DNA of 64,000 nucleotides from Trichoplax adhaerens (Eukaryota > Animalia > Placozoa): NCBI RefSeq assembly GCF_000150275.1, contig NW_002060944.1:7182756-7246755 (forward strand). The letters run 5' to 3'. The notes below the pieces were generated by a model. That model searched no databases, was not told the origin of the DNA, and worked only from the letters and a program-made list of their open reading frames with translations. The position numbers were made by a program, and so were the translations under genes. Below, in pieces: positions 52,944-64,000 of the stretch (positions are counted from its first letter, which is position 1; each line of letters starts with the position of its first letter).

Positions 52944-54973
52944 CTAGTCTATTGAATTTTCTAAGTCATCTTGATCTTCATCTTCAGCACTATCGCAATT
53001 ACTATCCAACTGTTCCCTGTCAACGTCACATTCAGTGTCAGCAAATTCTTGGTAATCATTATTGACATCAGTAGTCGTTTTGAAATCGTCTTCAGAATCG
53101 TCATCTAAATTATTATTATCGTCTCCATTGTTTATGTGTTCGCTATCATCATCCACTTCTACTTCCATCTTTGAGTCCTGATCTTCATTTGATAGACTTT
53201 CAAATTCAGCTTTACTTTCATCAGGATCATTTGTAGTTTCCTCTTCTTTTACCTCAATTTCATTTACTATGTTCTCTTTTGTATCTTCAGAAGGAGTTAA
53301 AGTTTTCGCGGCTTCGCCATCAGCCTTTTTATTGTTGTAAATCTTCAATTCTTCTTCATATCGTTTTTTATCTCTTTCGTACATTTCATAATATACCTGT
53401 ATATGTTGGTGTATGAGCATGTTACGGACTTGAACACAGAAATAGACGGTCTATATCATAATATTTAATGAAAGATACTGACAAATAACTATACCTTTTT
53501 ATCAGCACTTGGCAATGAATTCCATTTATTACTAAGAAATTTGGTTAAATCATGATAGCCAGAGGAGTCGGCTTCTTCTTTTTGAACGTCTTGCGGTAAA
53601 TTGCGCTTTTCTTGACAGAAATGAAAGAAAGCGTTGGCAGGTTTCTTAGGTGCGTTAGGGTCTCTTTCTTTTTCTTGCTTTGCATAACCCTTAATCTTAA
53701 ATTTCTTGGCTAACATTTTACCATTCATTGGATCACCTAAATTATAATGACCTTTCTTTACTTTGCCTTTTGTTTCTTCTTCACTGGATATTCCATCCGT
53801 GACATCAAATAGGTCCCCACTGTGACCAAGTATTTTCTCGATACGCTTTTTTCTCTCCTAAATCATTTGTAGAATGAGATCTTGTTAAGTAAAAGAGTTC
53901 AGAGATACTGTCGGAAGTATTGAAGCATGTAAAAAAGAAATGTCGAAATTGAGGAAAATGATGTAGTTAGATAAGAATTAGCTCACGCCCTATACTCAAT
54001 TTTAAAGAAGGTATTGGTATTGAATACCAAGGTTTATTTGTAATTTACACAAAATTACTCGCTTACAAGTTATTTGGTTTTACCTGTAAAAGGACATCGA
54101 TATTATCATAGTTATCATGATGTTCATCCAAACGTTTCACAAGAAACCTATAACAAGAAAATGCGGTTAGCTGCAGCTATTATCACCATCGTTTTACATG
54201 CATCAAATATATGCTCTATTGATGGTAAAATGAAAGTATAAAAGTATATGAATTCTATCCTAAATTACGGTTTATACCCAATAGGCTATCATGGCCAGTT
54301 TTAAATCAATTGAATTTATCATAACTTTTTGCAATAATATCAATCTTACTGGCGGTAATATACGTACTGTATATACAGTGTACCGTGTCATCATCATTCA
54401 ACACTGTATTATAAGAATGTAATGTAGAGTAAGAATACTATTTTGAACTAGGAAAATCACAACTAGCTATCTCTAAGCTACAATTAGTCCTATTTTTATA
54501 TCGCATAGACGAGATCAAATGGTTAGAAATGATTAACTTTACAAACAGTAAGATATTCGTATATCGATCGGACTACAGTAGATACGGGTGATTGTCAACA
54601 ATTTCTTGTCGGAAGCAAGTACGACGATTGCAATCTTTGGCTAAGAATCATCGCTTCTAAGTGAAGTATTTCTATATGACATTGCATTCTGACCTAGATC
54701 ATTCATACTTGTATATGTATAACTTACTGCCTCTGTTGCCGTAGCCGGAGTAAAACACGTCTGCTTTGTAAAAGTCGATAACTTAAGCGTTCATTGAACT
54801 AAAGAAGAAGACAAAAAAAAAAGGAATCCATTAGAAGAGTGAACATCCTCTCCACACTGTTCATTTCAATCTTTTGCCTATCTATTTGGGTGAATATTTC
54901 GTACATTTTCTATCTGAGAGCATCTCTGAAGCAGTGCATGATATACTTTACGGTATTTCACTTCCGAATCCAT
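52944..54973 (-). CDS. TFPT: TFPT/INO80F-like coiled coil plus HMG box plus acidic tail (Nhp10-like INO80 subunit)
   Basis: KYRKVYHALLQRCSQIENFNERLSYRL...RLRQQRQFLVKRLDEHHDNY resembles the TFPT core. RDPNAPKKPANAFFHFCQEKR...LSNKWNSL...YYEMYERDKKRYEEE is an HMG box. The tail is D/E-rich. Confidence 0.78.
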
Positions 54974-55858
54974 TCTTAATCAGAGTGGAAACTAGAAACA
55001 GATTGGTGAAGAAGAGCTGAAGAATCTGTTAATGTCGATGAAAGTGCCCTTCCAGGTTCTAACCAAGCTGATTCAATAGTAACGAATCCGATGTTTACCA
55101 TTCGTTTACTGCCTCGCTTACGGCTGTTGGCTCGAACCCTAGCCCTTGATACTCAATATCGTACAGTACAGAACAGCACTGTACGGCGGTTGTACTGTAC
55201 ACTGTACACTGTACTCGAGTGACACTTAAACACTTCATTCTGTATCTGCTAGCCTCAACTAGACCAGAGTTCGGTTCGGTTTGGTTCGATTCAAACCTTT
55301 ATAATCTACAGTATGCCCTCAACCATAGTGTTGTGTATTACTGTCTAGAGCTAATACTAACAACTGTATTGAAAGTTGGTACTACTCTCACTTAGCATAG
55401 AGACAAGAAATTGAAGACGTAGTTGAAGTTATTGTAAAACTAACTACTAACTCCACTCTCTCTCTCTCTTTATCGTATTGAAAAGTGGCGGCTTATATAA
55501 GTACGCCGTTGAGACTTGAAATGCATTCTACTATAATTCGTATTCTAATGGGTAGTTTGTATCACAGTCAATTCGCTACAGTAGTTAGTATTACATCGTA
55601 CAGTACTGTACAGTACAATCGAACAAATAGAGCGTAGTACTGTACACTGTAGAAGATATACTGTACAGTGCTGGAGTGCGTTAAAGCCCTTGCAGTTGAA
55701 CTCAACGTTATTGACGATGCTATCGAGCGATGGAGATCCATTTCGTCTATAATAAATGTTATTTAACGATGAGGTCGGTAACAGATAGAGATAATTAATA
55801 GACTGTACGCGCATAGAATACTGTGTAGAGGACTGTAGTATCCACAATCTTTCCAGCA

Positions 55859-58800
55859 ATGAATACAAGCAAAATCCGATGCTGGATGCAAGCTAGCAAT
55901 ATGGTGAGGTTTTGCATTCGGTCATGCAGTGATCGTCCTAGTGATTTATATCGCAGTACTGTATTTGCAGTCTCCTCAGGCCATGGCGTATCAGGTAATC
56001 GATGATGAGATAGAGATAATGTTAACAGAGTGAAATACACACGATAAGAAACGCTGTAAAATTGCTCTGCTTAAGCGAATGAAGATCATTGCGTATTTCT
56101 GCTGTAGCAGACTCGGAATACGCATTTGCGTTATCTTACAGTACATGGATTCAGCTAAAAAATTTCAGTACATATTGATACTTGCATAGGACTCCCATAA
56201 TAGGAGTATGATACATCCATAGTTCATTGTGTATTTCTACCTGCAGCAGCACATTAGATAAGACGTACAATCATACATGCATACCTAAAATTTCATTATT
56301 ATACTGTACACTTACATATGAGTACTGTATTATGCACTCATAGATCTTTGCATGTTGCTACTGCAGCTGTATATGAGCTAAGACGTACAATCATACATGC
56401 ATACCTAAAATTTCATTATTATACTGTACACTTACATATGAGTACTGTATTATGCTCTCGTAGATCTTTGCATGTTGCTACTGCAGCTGCATATTAGCTA
56501 AGACGTACAATCGTACATGCATACCTAAAATTTCATTATTATACTGTACACTTACATATGAGTACTGTATTATGCACTCGTAGATCTTTGCATGTTGCTA
56601 CTGCAGCTGTATATGAGCTAAGACGTACAATCATACATGCATACCTAAAATTTCATTACTATACTGTACACTTACATATGAGTACTGTATTATGCACTCA
56701 TAGATCTTTGCATGTTGCTACTGCAGCTGCATATTAGCTAAGACGTACAATCATACATGCATACCTAAAATTTCATTACTACACTGTACACTTACATATG
56801 AGTACTGTATTATGCACTCATAGATCTTTGCATGTTGCTACTGCAGCTGCATATTAGCTAAGACGTACAATCATACATGCATAGCTAAAATTTCATTATT
56901 ATACTGTACAGCACATTTGCATACGAGTGATATGTATTCGTAGATCATTGCATATTTCTACTACTGTACGTACACTCACACATTTGGGTAGTACAATTGC
57001 AGATGCAATTGATCACCATATTATGCCAGTGCATCACCACCATAAGTAGTCAAAGCATATGCAATGGACTAACAGCTACAACTAAACCAAACACTTTATT
57101 ACACTTTAACATTGTTATAACAGCGATATTAAATAACCATACTGTAAATGCCTTTTATCGTACCTAGGTGTTGCTGTTATAAGAGTAACAGGACCTGAGA
57201 CTTCTGAGGTAAACCAAAAATTTTTCATGCTATGAAGTATTGTGAGTGTTGGCTCCACATGCTCACTTGCAATTTACAGTAATTTATTATGCAATAACTA
57301 CATTATTGTAGACTAGCTCATAGACAAGCTAACCTTAACAAAAATATGGTACATGCTTGTAATTTAATAGCGCAGGAATAAGACATCAAGTCTATGCACT
57401 CTGATATACTTTGCATACACTTTGTAATAATATCGTCCAACTACTGTACTATTGCTAGGCTGTCAAATTGATGACGAAATCCGATAATCTACCAAAACCC
57501 AGATATGCATCCTTACGCAAAATTTATCAACCTTCAACAGGAGATCTTGTTGATAAAGGCTTAATTTTATGGTTTCCAGGTCGAAAATCTTGTATTTTGA
57601 TGTTACGATGAGACTGTTCTACAATCATAATACATTTCAAATCAATCATTTATAATGTCGGTAATTATAGTTTCAAATTAATTTATTATTTTCAGGGCCT
57701 AATAGCTTTACTGGTGAAGATCTTGCAGAATTTCAGGTTCATGGTGGTTCAGCTGTTGTCGAGGGCATTTTAACTTCTCTGTCAGAGATTGATGGTTTAT
57801 ATCCTGCAATGGCTGGCGATTTTACTCGAAGGTTGATGACACAGCCATCTAACACCATTTAAATTAAGTTACAGAAACTTGGTTAGGGTTGTTGGCATCT
57901 AATATTTCTATTTTAACTCATCAAATGAAACGATTAGAGCTTTTGAAAATGAAAAGTTAGATTTGACTGAAGTAGAAGGATTAGCCGATCTAATTCATGC
58001 ACAAACAGAAGCACAAAGAAAGCAAGCACTTAGACAAATGGATGTAAGACTCTTTCCTTAATGTTATTTATTTGATTCTATTACGTATAAGCCTTACCTT
58101 TTTCCAGGGTCATTTGAGTCAATTATATAAGATATGGAGTAAAACTCTTTTGAAGGTAACATTAACCGTAGTGGCTTGTTGACGAAAAAACGGATATTCA
58201 CGTTATTTAGCTAAGCTCAATCAATATGAAACTAACGTACCGATCATTCAGTAAAAGAAATTTTAATATTCGTAGAGTGTCGCTGATATTGAAGCTACCA
58301 TTGACTTTTCTGAAGACGTAATAGAAGATGGTATATTGACTAATGGTATGAAAGTCATAATTCTCATCCTATGTATGCATTTGCTACTTTATACAATTTA
58401 TCAAACCCAAGTTAAGAATTAGCTTTACAGAGAATCAGTATGATCTACTGCTCCTATGACCCAATCAAAGTACAGCTTGTACGCTGAGATAATTAATGCT
58501 TGATTTCTTTATCGAATTGATCTAGTAAACATATCAAACTTTATTAATAGTAAAAAATTCCGTCAATAAACTTGCTAAAGAAGTTCGAAATCACTTAGAG
58601 GATGGAAGAAGAGGAGAAAAGCTCCGGTCAGGAGTTAATGTTGTTATAGCTGGTCCCCCAAATGTTGGTAAAAGTAGCCTGCTTAATTTACTTTGTAAGT
58701 ACAGTAGCAGACGATCATGGAGTATAGAAATATATATGTGCCACCACTATACTCGTACTGTATACGGTTGCATGCATAAATTAAAATGAGGTTGAGAAGA

Positions 58801-60108
58801 TTCATTTTCGTCTATGCTAGGTCAAAGGCCGGCAGCTATCGTGTCTCCACTTGAAGGTACCACTAGGGATGTTGTCGAAACTGCAGTTAATATTGGCGGT
58901 TATCCGGTATTATTTAGGTAATTAGATCGCATTTTGTGGGCATTTACTACCTTATCTGCATATCAATAAACTTATAACACCATCTACAGTGATACGGCTG
59001 GCATCCGTCAATCGATTGACCCTGTTGAGAAGGAAGGAATAAAACGCGCTAAATCTAAGTACGTTATTTACTTCTGTTGTAGATAAATTCTTGTTTTAGT
59101 GATCGCTATATTCATGCTCTTTTAACTATGTTCTTGAATTCACTAGAATTTCCGCTGCAGATTTTGTTTTAATCGTTCACGATCTTTCAAAGTATAAACA
59201 CGTTGATATTGATGGCTTGCTAGAATCACCCTTGAGGATGTTAAACACAAATGTAGACGAAAGCACAAGTGCAGATTTCGATGAAAATATCGAATATCTA
59301 ATGATTTTAAACAAGGCCGATTTAATAACAAATAATTTAGCAGTACAGATGAAAGAAGCATTCAATACTAAAGGGGTATTTTCTATAAGCAAAATTTTAT
59401 TTTTATCATATCGACTGTACATCATATAGTAAATATGTTGTTAACATCTTTGATATAAAGCAATGAATGATCAGTTAATTTTAATACTAGGTTTATCGTA
59501 ATAGGTAAATGCTTGTATAATTTCTTGTGAAACTGGCGACGGAATTGAGGATTTCATAAATATCTTATCTCAAAAAATGAAAGACATGTACGATGTTTTA
59601 ATTTTTAGATTATCTCCTTAAAAATATGGTATTTAGTTACCGTGAGATACCTAATTACACATGCCTTTGTATAACAGTTGTGGAGATCCAGTAGTTGGTA
59701 ACCCTTCCATAACTCAGGCTCGTCATAGATTTCATCTAAGGGAAGCGCTAAATTCGCTGGAAATTTACTTAAGGATGGCTCACGACGGTTTTGGTAAATT
59801 CAAATAGTAAAAAGATTTATTGTAACAATACATCCGAGCATATTATATCTGCAACAGTTTGAAAGCTAGTGTGCATGTCATTTGTGTCACAAAACTAATA
59901 TTCTCAGTCTTTCGATTTGATTAAAGTCCTAAATGCCGTATAACTTCTAAAACTACTGCCGTATGTTGCTATTGTAGAAGATCATGATCTAGTGCTAGGT
60001 GCTGAAGAACTAAGAATTGCATTAAGAGAACTTGGTCGTATTACTGGGAATATCGGAACAGAAGATATATTAGATGTTATTTTCCGAGATTTTTGTATCG
60101 GAAAATAA
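55859..60108 (+). CDS. GTPBP3: Mitochondrial tRNA modification GTPase (MnmE/TrmE)
   Basis: [85 protein letters not shown] and terminal FCIGK*. Exon 55859-55994 encodes a presequence-like N-terminus. Confidence 0.95.
56259..56965. repeat. 120-bp tandem array (~6 units) in GTPBP3 intron 1
   Basis: TAAGACGTACAATCATACATGCATACCTAAAATTTC... recurs at 56259, 56379, 56499, 56619, 56739 and 56859. Confidence 0.95.
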
Positions 60109-60188
60109 ATTGTCATTGATAAGCAATGTCGGGCTATTTTAAAATTTAGCAGTTTTAACGTTGCAATCTCTATCTACTCAGAAATTCA

Positions 60189-60363
60189 TTGACACTAAGA
60201 AAACTTGATCGTATGACTGGAATAGCGAAGCAAAAAGATGTACTAGATCTTATTTTTAAAGATATTTGCATTGAGAAAATAATCTGTCTCAGATAGGCAG
60301 TACCGGAGAGTCTGGATTGCTCATTTTAGAAATTTTTAATATTACAAATCTCTACCTCTTCAG
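60189..60363 (+). pseudogene. Decayed tandem copy of the GTPBP3 terminal exon and proximal 3' UTR
   Basis: Translates LRKLDRMTGIAKQKDVLDLIFKDICIEK versus the genuine [28 protein letters not shown] (15/28 identical). The sequence after the stop is also duplicated. Confidence 0.8.
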
Positions 60364-60681
60364 CGAGTTAATTCGCATTAAAATCATTCTCAATAGTACA
60401 TCATACAATATTGATTTTAAGTTTGTAAACAATAATTTATTTTTTAGTATAATATGAAGAAGATGAATAAAATAAAAATGATGTGTGTGAAAATCTTTCA
60501 TAGTAGCAGACGTCAGGATCACATGTTAAATTTTCAATTCAAAGCTTTGGAGTAGAAGTTATACCATCACGTAATCTCCAGTAAACTTCATTTCTACTAT
60601 CATAAGGATAATTTATTTATCTTAGGTACTATGTGGCAAAAAGCAACTTTCTCGTTAGTATAAGGGTTATAATCTATCAAG

Positions 60682-63140
60682 CTAAGCTTTCGCTTTAAAA
60701 TTATTTTTTTCTTCGCGAAGGTATCCCATAGCTTCGATTCCGCTCTTCTTTCCGGTATGCTTTCTTACATTATTAGTGCTAATTTCAAATACATACGATT
60801 AATAGATTAGTCTCGTAAATCAAACAACTAATTCTGCTCGAGTAAACTTATTATTCATAATATAATGAACTAATAAATTCACAGCGATTAATTATAGTTT
60901 ATTTATATGACATCAGCCTATCTCATACGAACTAGTTAATCAAATCTGTTATCTCTTACTTGACTCTCATAAAAGGATTATAAGACAATTCCTCCGCTAT
61001 TGTTGAAGGGACAGTTACTAATCTGTTCGCACGTTGTTTCTAACCATTCGATTAGATTTATTAAGTCAAAGACAAGCATGTAAAGAGTAATATCAATGAT
61101 GAACTATTACCATCCGGATAAGAAGAAAAATCTTACCTTAACCCATTCTAATTTCTTCTGAATGTCTACATTATCGGGTTCTACATGGATTGCAAATATT
61201 AAATTGCTAGCACTGTATTCATGTCCACAGTAAACCCTCTAATTAAATTAGAAACTAAATGTTATTTCACCCAAAATAATATATTACATTGTTCATCAAA
61301 ACTATAAGCCATAAAAAGTCAATTTTCAATTAACGTACAGTCGAGGAAGGTAATTTTCCTAAAATATTACAAAGTGCATTATACATCTGAGCTGGTGTTC
61401 CTTCAAAAAAGCGGCCACATCCTCCTACAAAGAGTGTATCTCCTAAAAATATAAATCAGCAGATGTTATGCTTTTCGATTCATTTCAGAAAGTACTACAA
61501 CAATTTTTAATCTTAATAGTTTTCAACCTGTAAATACAACTGCAGATTCTTGACTGTTAGGATCAGATACAAAATAGCAAATATGACCAGAGGTGTGACA
61601 TGGCGTTGCTAATGATTTGATAACAAGAGAGCCAATCTGTAAGATGGGAGGAAATTTGTCAGATCACGCCATTAAAAATATCATGCTAATAGTTATCAAA
61701 CAAGCTTACATTAAATTCTTCACCGCCGGAAAGTTTTTCAGTCAAAGAACCGATTCTTTCATCACCCCCGTAAACCTTCAATTTCTTAGAAACCATGCCG
61801 ACTAGTTTATCATTACCTCCGGCATGATCCCTACATTAATAAGATTACTCTAATTAATAAATCACATACTTACGGAAATTGTTAAGTTTTATAACATAAT
61901 TATGATCACAAATTCCAAGTTGATCGCACACATTAGACGAGAATACTGTTATTATAGCTGATTTAGCATCGACAGTAGGCATACAGTTGCTCTTACCAAT
62001 GATGATGAGTGGTTATTACTGTAGTTAAATCGACCTTCCTGTTATTAACTGCAGCTAAGACCTGTCAAAAAAAGGAGAAATGCCCAAATTAGGTTGCGCT
62101 ATACCTTTGCCTACTATTAGTCCTTCCTTCCTACTACAGAGCAGTAGGCTCATTTTATCGTAAATTGCAGTTATAGTGTCTGGCCAATAATAATCGCTGA
62201 ATACTAATACAGTAAGCGTGTTGCAGTACTTACTCTTCATATAGAGTAACATAGGCATAAAGCGATGAATCAGATCAGCGGATTCGTAACAAACGTTAAT
62301 TAATTATCTGCGTCTTAGACCCGATCTTTAGGGTTCAGAAGTGATGATGGACTAAATAAATAGCTAAAGTTCAAGCCTAATTCATCTATTTCATCTACTA
62401 TTAAGTGTGCTAATTGTCAGTGTACTGTATTCTACTGTAGGATTGCACTTAATATAGCATTATATATAAACAATTAAAACATGAAGTGGTCTAATCATTA
62501 GTGATTAAGAATTGGTAAGTACCAAATAATAGCTAAAGAACAATCATAATTTATGTATTTCATCTACTATTAAGTATATTAAGCGTATTGCACTGTAATA
62601 CTACACTTTTAACAGCGCAATATAAATGTGACCCGATGAATTCTTCTAGCGATACGTATCAAATATCATTTGTATCTTAGACCTGATCTTTAATGATTAA
62701 GACATGGTTCTATACGCATACTCGATCGTTAACTAATAACTAGGGATCAATCTTAATGTATTCACTACGTGTAATAATTCTATAATAATTGCGGCTTGAT
62801 TCAGTCACAACAAATGACAGTCTACTGCATACGATGTTAACTGAGAGAATTTAACTTATGGCATTACTTTTTCCGGTTCGACTGGATCAACAATAGCAGC
62901 TTGATTGGTTTTGGGATCGGTTAACAGATACATATAATTATCCTGTAAGGCTGGAATGACATCAATCTTCATTTCTTTCGCTGATTGATTACTATACCAA
63001 GAAGGGAAAGAGACAATTTTCTGTGTTGGACTTTTAGCGAGGCAAGAAAGAGGGAAAGCTCTTCTAAAAACGCTTGTCACTGCATGAAGAAAAGAATTGG
63101 TTATGCAATGGAAGATAGCATTGGCAAAAGCCATTGCCAT
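60682..63140 (-). CDS. HAGH: Hydroxyacylglutathione hydrolase (glyoxalase II) with a mitochondrial presequence-like extension
   Basis: [84 protein letters not shown] and LREEKNNF. Confidence 0.95.
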
Positions 63141-64000
63141 TTTTCCTTTCCATCAAACTTAACGACATCACTTGCATAATTTACCTCGTCGACAACTAAT
63201 TTTACACCAATCCAAAATGATAAGATGGCTATAAAATCAATTTACCTGGCACAATGCTGAACATTCAAGGAAAGATTGAGTAAAGTAGTCGAACGTTTAT
63301 TCTTCAGTAGGGTTTACGCCCTCAATTTCAAGGTAACTAAGCACCGGTGCACCGGTAGTATCCAACCAGAGCTCTCTGACCTCTGATGGATTTGTTGTGT
63401 ACATTGTCGTGACATTGTACTATACTACAGTAGTGTTCATACTTGCAATACGAGTACGCAACCATACATGAAATAGCATAAGGGTAGCCACCAACATAAC
63501 ATGAGCAGGCGGCAGTATATTACATCGTGCAAACTGTGCAGTAGAATGCGCGATACTCGACTGATTTTAAGAAATATGGACAGTGGATTTCAGATTGGAG
63601 TAGGATTAGGCGAGTTGATTTTATTTACGATTTGCGAACGAATAAAAATGGAAATTGCAAAACACCACAGCATACCCTTACAGTACTGCCCAACACACAA
63701 TTTAGACACCATCGTCTTCACCAGGATCTTACATGGATGCGAATGGACGGTGGACAGATGGACGACTCGCCCTATCCTATACAACTTCTACTAGGCAGTG
63801 ATTGGACTACGAGATCGATACGCGTATATACCATATACCATGGGCTATTCGATATATGAATTATTGCATTAGCTATTAGAGATACTAATGATACCATGGG
63901 CTATTAGATATACTTAATTATACCATAGACTACTACGGTAGGTAGATATCCAGAAGCATCTAGTTATCCATAATAAGTGGATACTGGACAAGTTCATAAG

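Noticed and set aside
63830-63935. Short degenerate TACCATGGGCTATT repeats at the window end
   Set aside because: Only 2-3 degenerate copies near the window edge, so they cannot be interpreted.

Overview
AT-rich, gene-dense eukaryotic DNA with many short (about 70-150 nt) GT-AG introns. The gene set is animal-like, and the compact structure suggests a non-bilaterian such as the placozoan Trichoplax (inference, not verified). By hand-splicing I recognise 13 intron-containing protein genes: a 5'-partial MFSD11 paralogue missed by the ORF track (-, runs off the left edge), EIF3L (+), SRSF2 (-), GTPBP1 (+), MFSD11 (-), POLDIP3 (-), EIF3D (-), sphingosine kinase (+), GID4 (-), a DESI1/PPPDE peptidase with a long C-terminal helical extension (+), a TFPT/Nhp10-like HMG-box protein (-), GTPBP3/MnmE (+) and HAGH/glyoxalase II (-). 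Most neighbouring genes are arranged as divergent or convergent pairs. Non-coding features are CAGTA/TACTG pentamer clusters at nearly every gene 5' end, 90-165 bp tandem arrays in promoter regions or first introns, several long inverted repeats, and a decayed duplicate of the GTPBP3 last exon. I found no rRNA, tRNA, CRISPR or transposase. CDS coordinates run from start to stop codon and include introns.
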